From Dehalococcoides mccartyi (GTDB lineage: Bacteria; Chloroflexota; Dehalococcoidia; UBA2979), in assembly GCA_945865925.1 (NCBI GenBank), contig CAMBFG010000004.1, positions 46,659-110,658 on the forward strand: a stretch of 64,000 bases of DNA, read 5' to 3'. The position numbers and the translations under genes were made by a program. Positions 56,943-64,000 of this stretch are shown one piece after another (position 1 is the first letter of the stretch; every line of letters starts with the position of its first letter). The notes under the pieces were generated by a model that saw only the letters and a list, made by a program, of their open reading frames with translations, was not told the origin of the DNA and made no database searches.

Positions 56943-57458
56943 CTAGCCGTCGCTCTTTTTGGCGCTGTTCTTCGCGCGCTTCACGCCCTCGGCGGCGCGC
57001 TTGCGAGCGGCCTGTTCCTTGGCCGTGCCGCTGGTGTGCTGGAGGCGCGCCTTGAAGAACGAATCCTGGGCGTCGACGGACTGGTTCATGATCTTGGTAC
57101 CGGTGTCGCGCTTGATCTCCGCCTGGATCGTCTGGCGGAACTCGTACTGCTCGATCTCCTCGACGGACGGCGCGTCGTAGCCGGGACGGCTGACGCGGAC
57201 CTCCGGGTGCTCCATGCCGTAGACGGCACCAGTGAGCGGCTGCGAGACCTTGTGGCCCAGGTGCCAGTAGCCACCGTCGTCCGGAAGACGGCGCGCGAAG
57301 CCCTCGCGGAAGATGAACGCGGACCACTGCTTGCTGACGGTGCGCTTGGCGTCCTCGTCGCATTGAGGGCACGGCTGAGGCTTCGACGCGTCCTTCGCAG
57401 GTCGCAGCAGTTCGAAGACCCCGTTACACGGTTCGCAGTAGTACTCGTAGAGCGGCAT
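56943..57458 (-). CDS. FmdB-family zinc-ribbon protein with long C-terminal extension
   Basis: MPLYEYYCEPCNGVFELL...CPQC (CxxC...CxxC). Confidence 0.8.
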   Translation of the reverse strand: MPLYEYYCEPCNGVFELLRPAKDASKPQPCPQCDEDAKRTVSKQWSAFIFREGFARRLPDDGGYWHLGHKVSQPLTGAVYGMEHPEVRVSRPGYDAPSVEEIEQYEFRQTIQAEIKRDTGTKIMNQSVDAQDSFFKARLQHTSGTAKEQAARKRAAEGVKRAKNSAKKSDG

Positions 57459-57590
57459 CGCGTTCCCCCTCGGTGCCCCAACGGTGCGAGAACCTCAGGG
57501 TAACACCGAGGGCCCGCCCAGATTTGCGCACCACACTCCCGTTTCGCGCTCAGACGGTCGATGATGATCAAAGTGGGTTGGAGGTGCTGA

Positions 57591-57821
57591 GTGTCGTATT
57601 ATGTCTCTGGCGGTCGCTACGCCGACACCTCCTTCCGCGTGCTGCTCGACCCCGCCCCCACTCTCGGCCCGTTCGCGACGTACGAGGAGGCGCTGGAGGC
57701 GTGGCGCGAACGAGCGCGGGCGACCATCGACTACGCCTCCGTGCGCTACCAGATCGTCTGGCGAGACGATGCCGGGGCCCCGCCGGCACCGGCCGCCCAC
57801 GCCTCAGACGCCGTCGCCTGA
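57591..57821 (+). CDS. small DUF4170-like protein
   Basis: The pattern YYVSGGRYADTSF...GPFATYEEALEAWRERARATIDYASVRYQIV matches my recollection of DUF4170. Confidence 0.6.
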   Translation: MSYYVSGGRYADTSFRVLLDPAPTLGPFATYEEALEAWRERARATIDYASVRYQIVWRDDAGAPPAPAAHASDAVA

Positions 57822-57897
57822 CCTCGACCGCCTCGTGCTCGCGAGGGGCGCGCGTAGGGCGCGGAATCGGTAGGATGCGGCGCGAAGGGGTGGACGA

Positions 57898-58137
57898 ATG
57901 CAGAAACCGCACGCCGGCAAAACCGACTACGAGAACGCCTTCCGCGGCTTCCACTTCCCGATGTCGCGCGCCGCGATCGTGAACGCCGGCCGCGATAAGG
58001 GTGGCCTCGACCGCGAGGTCGCGATCGTCTTCAACGCGCTGCCGAATCGGAAATACACAAGCCTGGATGACCTCAAGGAGGCGATCCGGACCGTCTACCG
58101 CGCCAGCGGCGTGGTGGACACGGACATGCCGATCTAG
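57898..58137 (+). CDS. DUF2795-like small protein
   Basis: ...FRGFHFPMSRAAIVNAGRDKG...VAIVFNALPNRKYTSLDDL matches the DUF2795 pattern as I recall it. Confidence 0.65.
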   Translation: MQKPHAGKTDYENAFRGFHFPMSRAAIVNAGRDKGGLDREVAIVFNALPNRKYTSLDDLKEAIRTVYRASGVVDTDMPI

Positions 58138-58164
58138 CCCTCGCGGAGTCCCTACGACGACGAT

Positions 58165-58183
58165 GGGCCCGCAGTGCGGGCCC
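58165..58183. terminator. bidirectional terminator hairpin
   Basis: GGGCCCGC-AGT-GCGGGCCC between convergent genes, followed by ATTCTGTG. Confidence 0.6.
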
Positions 58184-58207
58184 ATTCTGTGCCCGAGACC
58201 GCGCGAC

Positions 58208-58774
58208 CTACTTGATGCTGACGAGTTCGACCTCAAAGGTGAGCGCCTTGCCCGCGAGGGCGTGGTTAGCGTCGATGGTCACGCCAGCGGCATCCACCTT
58301 CGTCACGACGGCGGCCTGCCCGCTCACCTGGACGCGGTCGCCAACCTTCAGGCCGGCGGGCGCCTGGGCCGTCGGAACCGTAACGACGAGGTCTTCGCGG
58401 CGCTCCCCGTAGGCCTTCGCGGCTTCCATGCGCACCTTGTTCTTGGCGCCGACCTTCAGACCCATGACTGCGTCGTCGAATCCGGAAATGACCTGCCCGC
58501 TGCCGACGGTGAACGAGAGCGGCTCGCGCCCCTTCGAGGAGTCGAAGACGCTGCCATCGTCGAGCGTCCCGGTGTAGTGGACGGCGACCGTGTCGCCCTT
58601 CTTGACCACGCGGTCCCCCGTATTCGCCGCCGCAGCAGCCCCGGTGGCCGTCGCGGTCGCTGCGGGGGCTGGTGTGTCTTCCCCACAGCCAGCGGCCGCC
58701 AGTGCGAACACGAGGGCGACCGCGCCTGTCAGCAGGTGGGTCAGCAAGGGCCTTGGTCGATGGGGTAGTCGCAT
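58208..58774 (-). CDS. FKBP-type peptidyl-prolyl cis-trans isomerase lipoprotein (SlyD-like insert)
   Basis: ORF 58208..59566, ATG at 58774. Lipobox AAGC. Contains VAVHYTGTLDDGSVFDSS and GSGQVISGFDDAVMGLKVG. Confidence 0.88.
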   Translation of the reverse strand: MRLPHRPRPLLTHLLTGAVALVFALAAAGCGEDTPAPAATATATGAAAAANTGDRVVKKGDTVAVHYTGTLDDGSVFDSSKGREPLSFTVGSGQVISGFDDAVMGLKVGAKNKVRMEAAKAYGERREDLVVTVPTAQAPAGLKVGDRVQVSGQAAVVTKVDAAGVTIDANHALAGKALTFEVELVSIK

Positions 58775-58858
58775 CGAGAAACGGTAGCACCGAGTCTGGG
58801 TGAGGCGCCTTCGGGCAGGCGACGTCGCGTGTGGGCGGCCGCGGCGTAGGCTCTGTGG

Positions 58859-59476
58859 GTGAGCCCAACGCCCAAGCGCGACCCGATGAACCTCGTCTGG
58901 ATCGACCTCGAAATGACGGGGCTCGACCCGGAGCGCAACGTGATCATCGAGATCGCCTCGCTGGTGACCGATCGCGACCTCAACATCCTCGCGGAGGGGC
59001 CATGCCTCGCGATCGCGCGGACCGAGGACGAACTGGCGACGATGGACGCGTGGAACGTCCACACGCACACCGCCTCCGGCCTCATCGCGCGCATCCAGAA
59101 CGAGGGCGTCACCGTCGCCGAGGCGGAGCGTCAGACACTGCTGTTCCTCCGGCGCTGGCTGCCGAAGGGTGCCTCGCCACTCGCGGGGAACTCGATCGCC
59201 CAGGACCGCCGCTTCCTGCGCCGCGAGATGCCGAAGATCGAGGACTTCCTGCACTACCGAAATGTGGATGTCTCCACCGTGAAGGAACTCGTCAGGCGTT
59301 GGTATCCGGCGCTCGCTCCGGCGGAGAAGAAGCAAGCGCACCAGGCCCTCGAGGACATCCGCGAGAGCGTGAACGAAATGCTGTACTACCGCACCCAGAT
59401 CTTCCGCCCGGTGGACGAGGTCACCCCGCCTGCCCCCGCTGTCACCCCGACGGACGAGGCTGCCTCCGGCTCCTGA
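58859..59476 (+). CDS. orn: oligoribonuclease
   Basis: Contains NLVWIDLEMTGLDPERNVIIEIA, GNSIAQDRRFL and HYRNVDVSTVKEL. Confidence 0.92.
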   Translation: MSPTPKRDPMNLVWIDLEMTGLDPERNVIIEIASLVTDRDLNILAEGPCLAIARTEDELATMDAWNVHTHTASGLIARIQNEGVTVAEAERQTLLFLRRWLPKGASPLAGNSIAQDRRFLRREMPKIEDFLHYRNVDVSTVKELVRRWYPALAPAEKKQAHQALEDIRESVNEMLYYRTQIFRPVDEVTPPAPAVTPTDEAASGS

Positions 59477-59536
59477 GCCGCCCCTGTGCCCCTGTCGCCG
59501 CCAACCGATGATCTCCGTGCTCGACAGGAGCCATCG

Positions 59537-60025
59537 ATGGCCGACGCGAATCGTGCCCCGGTACACGCTTGGCGCACGAGCCGCCCGACGGGCGAGCCGT
59601 GGGCGACGCCATCCGTCGCGACCGTGATGTCACGCCCCCTCGTCACCATCGAGGCGAGTGCGACGGTCCGTCGTGCGCGCGAGGTGATGCGCGGACGTAG
59701 CGTCCACCACCTGCTGCTCGTCGACCGCGGCGTCATCGTCGCGATCGTCTCGGACCGAGACCTCGACCACGCGATCTCACCATGGGCGGACGGGCCCGCC
59801 TCGACACGCCGGGACGACGAGACGCTTGCTCGCCCGGTGTACTCGTGCGCGACGTATGGGATGCGGACGATCCAGCACAACGCCCCGATCGAGGAGGCGG
59901 CGGCCGTGCTTCTCGAAGAAGGCATCTCCGCGCTGCCGGTCGTGGGCGCGGACGGCGGGATCGCGGGCATCGTGACCGCGCGCGATCTGCTGCGGGAACT
60001 GCTCGCCTGCCACATCGACGTCTAG
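59537..60025 (+). CDS. CBS domain pair protein
   Basis: ORF 59486..60025. ATG at 59537 is preceded by CAGGAG. Contains VMSRPLVTIEASATV...HHLLLVD and ...ISALPVVGADGGIAGIVTARDLL. Confidence 0.85.
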   Translation: MADANRAPVHAWRTSRPTGEPWATPSVATVMSRPLVTIEASATVRRAREVMRGRSVHHLLLVDRGVIVAIVSDRDLDHAISPWADGPASTRRDDETLARPVYSCATYGMRTIQHNAPIEEAAAVLLEEGISALPVVGADGGIAGIVTARDLLRELLACHIDV

Positions 60026-60103
60026 GGCCCTCGGCGGCTGGTGGCAGGGCTTTCCCACCTCCGGTAGGCTCCGCACGCCCGAAAGCCGGGCGAGGAGCAA
60101 TCG

Positions 60104-61420
60104 ATGCCAGAGCCGACCAGCGAGGCACACGGGGCACTGCATGGGGTGCGTGTCCTCGAGTTCTCGCAGATCGTCGCGGGGCCGTTTGCGGGTGTGGTGC
60201 TGTCCGACCTCGGCGCGGACGTGGTGAAGGTGGAACCGCCCGAGGGCGAGGGGTACCGCTCGTCTGGTGCCGTGGTCCCGGGCGAGAGCAAGCGGTTCCA
60301 GTCACTGAACCGGGGCAAGCGCTCGCTCATCATCGACCTCCAGCAGGAGGAGGGGCGCGCCCTTGTGCGCCGCATCGTGCCCGCCTTCGATGTGGTGCTG
60401 GTGAATTATCGCCCGGGCATCCCGGAGCGCTGGGGGCTGGACTACGACACGCTGAAGGCGATCAACCCCGGCCTCATCTACGTCTCGATCACCGGCTTCG
60501 GTGACATGGGTCCGATGGCCGGCCTCGGCGCGACCGACCTTGTGGCAGGCGCCTACGGCGGGCTGGTCGCCGGCAATGAACGGATGTCAGAGGACGGCGG
60601 CCCGATGCAGCCGACGCCGGCGATCGCCGACTACACGACCGGCATGGCGTGCGCCCTCGGCGTCGCGGCGGCACTCCTGCACCGACGCGAAACAGGCGAG
60701 GGCCAGCGGGTCGACACGTCGCTGCTGCGATCCGCACTCACGATCCAGGACGTGTACGTGATGCGTCAGGACGTGACGGATGTGATCCAGCGGGAACCGA
60801 TGCTCGCCGAGATCAACCGCCTTCGTCGCGAGGGCGCGTCCTACAGCGATCTCCTCGAGGCCCGTCGTGCTTATCGCACCGCGGGTACCGGTGGCCCTCG
60901 GCTGTACTACGCCGGCTACTCAACGTCAGACGGCACGGTCGTCCTCGGCTGTCTCACGAAGCCGACGCGTTCGGGCGCCCGTCGAGTGCTGGAGATGACC
61001 GAAGTCGACCACACCGATGACGTCGCCTTCGACCCCCGTGACCCGGCGATGCCTGCCCAGGTCGCGGCGTGGAAGGAGATCATCGCGGAGCGCGTGAGGC
61101 GGCACCCAACCTCGTACTGGATGGAGCGGTTCATCGCGGCGGGCGTCCCCGCCGCACCCGTGCAGTTCCCGGAGGAACTGTCGGATGACCCGCAGATCAT
61201 CGCGCAGGGGATGATGGTGGAGTTCGATCATCCGGTGACCGGGCCACAGCGGGTGGTCGGCCCCGTGCTCACGATGAGCGTCACACCGACACGCGCGCAG
61301 CGCCCTTCGCCGGCCCTCGGCGTGGACTCCGAAGACGTCCTGCGTGAGTCCGGTGTCGATGACGCAGAAATCGAGCGCCTGCGCAGCCTCGGTGTGACCG
61401 GGACGCCCACGAGGGGTTAG
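60104..61420 (+). CDS. family III CoA-transferase (CaiB/BaiF)
   Basis: GVRVLEFSQIVAGPFAGVVLSDLGADVVKVEPPEG. Closest in-window paralog of 5301..6584. Confidence 0.92.
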   Translation: MPEPTSEAHGALHGVRVLEFSQIVAGPFAGVVLSDLGADVVKVEPPEGEGYRSSGAVVPGESKRFQSLNRGKRSLIIDLQQEEGRALVRRIVPAFDVVLVNYRPGIPERWGLDYDTLKAINPGLIYVSITGFGDMGPMAGLGATDLVAGAYGGLVAGNERMSEDGGPMQPTPAIADYTTGMACALGVAAALLHRRETGEGQRVDTSLLRSALTIQDVYVMRQDVTDVIQREPMLAEINRLRREGASYSDLLEARRAYRTAGTGGPRLYYAGYSTSDGTVVLGCLTKPTRSGARRVLEMTEVDHTDDVAFDPRDPAMPAQVAAWKEIIAERVRRHPTSYWMERFIAAGVPAAPVQFPEELSDDPQIIAQGMMVEFDHPVTGPQRVVGPVLTMSVTPTRAQRPSPALGVDSEDVLRESGVDDAEIERLRSLGVTGTPTRG

Positions 61421-61425
61421 CAGGC

Positions 61426-62193
61426 TTACGAGGCGGAGTAGCCGCCGTCCACCGGCAACACGATGCCGGTGACGAAGTCCGAGGCGTGCGAGGCGAGGAA
61501 GACCCCCGCGCCCGCGAGCTCCTCTGGCTCTCCGAAGCGACCGGCCGGCGTGCGCGCGACGATGCGGTCGTGCATCGCGCCGCTGGTAGCGACACCCGCG
61601 GTCATCTCGGTCGTGATCCAACCGGGGAGGATCGCGTTCACCTGGATACCGTCCGGCGCCCACGCCGCCGCGAGTGACTTCGTCAGCTGGACGACGCCGC
61701 CCTTGCTCGCGGCGTACGGGATGGCGCGGTTGCTCCCAAAGAGCGAGTACATGGAGCCGATATTGATCACCTTGCCCCGGCCGCTGGCCTTGAGGTGATG
61801 GTGGGCCGCGCGGCAACACTGGAACATCGCCCGCAGGTTGGTATCCACGATGCGGTCCCACACCTCGTCAGTGATCGTCTCCGGACGCCCACCGCCCGCG
61901 ACACCCGCGTTGTTCACCAGGATGTCGAGGCCGCCGAACGCCTGCACCGTCGCTGTCATAGCCGCCTCGATGCTCGCCAGGTCGAGGACATCGCACACGA
62001 CGCTCTCGGCGCGGATGCCGAGGGCGCGCAGTTCCGCGACGACTGCGGCGTTCTTCGCCTCATCGCGCGCCGCGACCATCACCTCGGCGCCCGCCCCCGC
62101 GAGGCCGAGGGCGATGCCGCGCCCGATTCCGCCGTTACCGCCGGTCACGAGCGCAGCCGTCCCGGTGAGGTCGAAGAGCGGGCTGGCGGGCAT
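61426..62193 (-). CDS. SDR family oxidoreductase
   Basis: ORF 61426..62235, ATG at 62193. Contains ALVTGGNGGIGRGIAL and YAASKGG. Confidence 0.9.
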   Translation of the reverse strand: MPASPLFDLTGTAALVTGGNGGIGRGIALGLAGAGAEVMVAARDEAKNAAVVAELRALGIRAESVVCDVLDLASIEAAMTATVQAFGGLDILVNNAGVAGGGRPETITDEVWDRIVDTNLRAMFQCCRAAHHHLKASGRGKVINIGSMYSLFGSNRAIPYAASKGGVVQLTKSLAAAWAPDGIQVNAILPGWITTEMTAGVATSGAMHDRIVARTPAGRFGEPEELAGAGVFLASHASDFVTGIVLPVDGGYSAS

Positions 62194-62278
62194 CGGGCAG
62201 CCTTTCGAGGGCAGGCGAGGCGCCGAGGCTAGCACGCGGCCTCCCGACCATCGGGCTTGCCTCGGGCGGTGGCGCCGG

Positions 62279-62299
62279 TGTATCCAGTCGCTGGATACA
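62279..62299. repeat. perfect inverted repeat TGTATCCAG-TCG-CTGGATACA (candidate operator)
   Basis: Read directly. 9-bp arms with a 3-nt spacer, in the divergent region between 62193 (-) and 62336 (+). Confidence 0.5.
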
Positions 62300-62335
62300 G
62301 GCTGTACGTGTCGCCTCGATGGTTGGGAGGGCGCG

Positions 62336-62680
62336 ATGACTCAGGAGCCGGCGGAGGGCGCATCGTCGCTGAAGGGCGGCGGCGGGAGCCGCGAGTACAT
62401 GTCCGAGTTCGCGCGGGGCCGCATCGATCTGAACTGCGAGTCGTGCGGCTTCAACATGCGCCGTAACGGCGACTTCGGCACTGAGGCTGACGGCGCGTAC
62501 ACCGAGCGCTACTGCGCGATCTGCTACGCCGGCGGCGCGTTCCGTCACACCGCCTCGACCGTGGATGAGTTCCTCGCACTCTCGATCGAGGAATTCGCGG
62601 TCGCGCGGAAGTCCGGCTCTGGAAAACTCCGCCTCACGATGAAGAAGGAACTGCCTCGGCTGGCGCGCTGGAAGAAGTAG
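62336..62680 (+). CDS. putative zinc-ribbon domain protein
   Basis: ORF 61838..62680. ATG at 62336 is preceded by GGGAGG. Contains CESCGFNM...GTEADGAYTERYCAICYAGGAF. Confidence 0.75.
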   Translation: MTQEPAEGASSLKGGGGSREYMSEFARGRIDLNCESCGFNMRRNGDFGTEADGAYTERYCAICYAGGAFRHTASTVDEFLALSIEEFAVARKSGSGKLRLTMKKELPRLARWKK

Positions 62681-62687
62681 CGCTCGC

Positions 62688-63569
62688 CTAGCGGTGGTGC
62701 TCGTCACGCTGCTGCTTGAAGGCGTCCCACCCCTGCTGCCGCAGCGTGTCGAGGCGTCCCGCGGCGACTGCGTCGCGCCCGGTCGCGCTTGAGAGTTCCT
62801 TCAGCACCGGGTCGTCCTGCCACCGCATGCCATCGATGAACCCTGAGAGTTCGTGGATGCGGTTCACCAGCAACTTGTTCAGCGCCATCGTGGTCTGGGG
62901 CAGGCTCGCGAGCCGCGTCGCGAAGGCCCGCGTCGCCTCGTCCAGCTGGTCGACGGGCACGACGCGGTTGACGAAGCCCATGCGCAGCGCCGCCTCCGTG
63001 TCGAACAGGTCGCCGGTCATCATCAGTTCCTTCGCGTGCTTCAGCCCGACGAGGAACGGTGTGACGAGCATCGGCGGCGGGAAGCCGTGGCGGATCTGGA
63101 TTTCGCCGAACTTCGCGTCATCAGCGGCGATCGTGAAGTCGCACATCCCGGCGATCTCGATGCCCTGGCCCACAGCGTGGCCGCGCACCGAGGCGATGAC
63201 CGGCTTCGGCATGCGCCAGATGCGCAGCACCGTGTCGAGTTGGTTGACCGGCTCGAGGTCCTCGGGGCGCTTCGAGCCCTGGAGATCACCGCCGGCACAG
63301 AAGGTGCGACCGGCTCCGCGAACGATGATGACACGCGCCGCCTCGTCGCCCTCGGCACGCTCGACGGCCTTCGCGAAGTGGTAGGTGAGTGACCAGTCGA
63401 CCGCGTTCAGGACGAGTGGGCGGTTGAAGGTGATGGTCGCGATGCCGTCGGCGACTTCGTACAGCACATCATTCGCGGACGGCGCGGGGACCTCGAAGCC
63501 CTCCGGGGTGTAGCGCTTCTGCGGGTCGCGCTGGTCAGCGGGCACGGCGATCAGGGTGGCGTCAGGCAT
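62688..63569 (-). CDS. enoyl-CoA hydratase/isomerase family protein
   Basis: ORF 62688..63773. ATG at 63569 is preceded by GGAGGA. Contains IATITFNRPLVLNAV and VRGAGRTFCAGGDL. Confidence 0.9.
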   Translation of the reverse strand: MPDATLIAVPADQRDPQKRYTPEGFEVPAPSANDVLYEVADGIATITFNRPLVLNAVDWSLTYHFAKAVERAEGDEAARVIIVRGAGRTFCAGGDLQGSKRPEDLEPVNQLDTVLRIWRMPKPVIASVRGHAVGQGIEIAGMCDFTIAADDAKFGEIQIRHGFPPPMLVTPFLVGLKHAKELMMTGDLFDTEAALRMGFVNRVVPVDQLDEATRAFATRLASLPQTTMALNKLLVNRIHELSGFIDGMRWQDDPVLKELSSATGRDAVAAGRLDTLRQQGWDAFKQQRDEHHR

Positions 63570-63658
63570 CGTTCCTCCGGGGTCGCAGCCAGCCGAGGTC
63601 TGCGCGAACCCGGATGATACCCCGCCCAATGGACGTGACGCCCGTGGTAGGCCTGCCG

Positions 63659-64000
63659 CTACTGGGCGCGGAGCTCGAAACTCTTGTCGTTGACGACGAC
63701 CTTGTAGGCGACGCCCGGCGTCAGGGCTCCGATCGAGACGCTGTGCGTCGTGGTGCCATAGATCGCGGTGCAAGGCGTCGGTGCGGTCGGCATCGAGTTG
63801 AACACGCTCACGATGACCTGGGTGTCCTTGATCTCGACAGTCGCCCCGGCGTACTTCGCACAGCCACCCGGCAGGCCCGAGATGACGACGAGCGAGTACT
63901 GCGCCGGGATCGACTTCGTCGCGATGACATCGACCTTCTCGATTGGGGCGAGTTGGAGAGTGCGACCGGGCTCGGTGACCGGGCTGCCACTGATCGGCGC
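63659..64000 (-). CDS. hypothetical secreted-type beta-rich protein, 5' end beyond window
   Basis: Own minus-strand translation, open from 64000 to TAG (63659-61): ...APIEKVDVIATKSIPAQYSLVVISGLPGGCAKYAGATVEIKDTQVIVSVFNSMPTAPTPCTAIYGTTTHSVSIGALTPGVAYKVVVNDKSFELRAQ. GC3 is high. Confidence 0.6.
   Translation of the reverse strand, partial: APISGSPVTEPGRTLQLAPIEKVDVIATKSIPAQYSLVVISGLPGGCAKYAGATVEIKDTQVIVSVFNSMPTAPTPCTAIYGTTTHSVSIGALTPGVAYKVVVNDKSFELRAQ

Noticed and set aside
58184-58191. Third copy of ATTCTGTG
   Set aside because: It lies immediately 3' of a terminator hairpin between convergent genes, not in a promoter. It is probably coincidental and was not counted as support for the motif.

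Overview
High-GC (roughly 68-70 %) bacterial chromosomal segment, densely coded on both strands (about 75 genes). It has frequent GGAGG-type ribosome-binding sites, many lipobox or Pro/Thr-linker exported proteins, and an unusual density of family III CoA-transferase domains (5), enoyl-CoA hydratases and SDRs. Composition and gene content look like a Chloroflexota- or Actinomycetota-type genome, but taxonomy cannot be fixed from the window. Housekeeping anchors are typA/bipA, orn, a TrmH-family RNA methyltransferase and an FKBP PPIase. Two riboswitches can be read directly. A TPP riboswitch (39065-39145) precedes a ykoF-thiXYZ-type pyrimidine-salvage ABC operon. A cobalamin riboswitch (about 43625-43725) precedes a lone BtuF-like binding protein. 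A cell-envelope cluster at 31.8-38.7 kb holds an esterase, a CE4 deacetylase, an amidase, a D-Ala-D-Ala carboxypeptidase and a split MprF-like aminoacyl-PG synthase with a separate flippase-like protein. Most interesting: (i) a B12-binding-type radical SAM enzyme with a C-terminal FCCAEPT tail plus two unknown ORFs, wedged against the remnants of an opp/dpp permease operon; (ii) a ~1 kb low-GC island encoding a glycine-zipper protein of unknown function; (iii) five disrupted reading frames, three of them +/-1 shifts in short C/G runs and two in-frame stops, which are either assembly errors or real gene decay. No rRNA, tRNA, CRISPR array, transposase or integrase was found. Many long ORFs in the supplied track are antisense or shadow ORFs typical of high-GC DNA and were not called.
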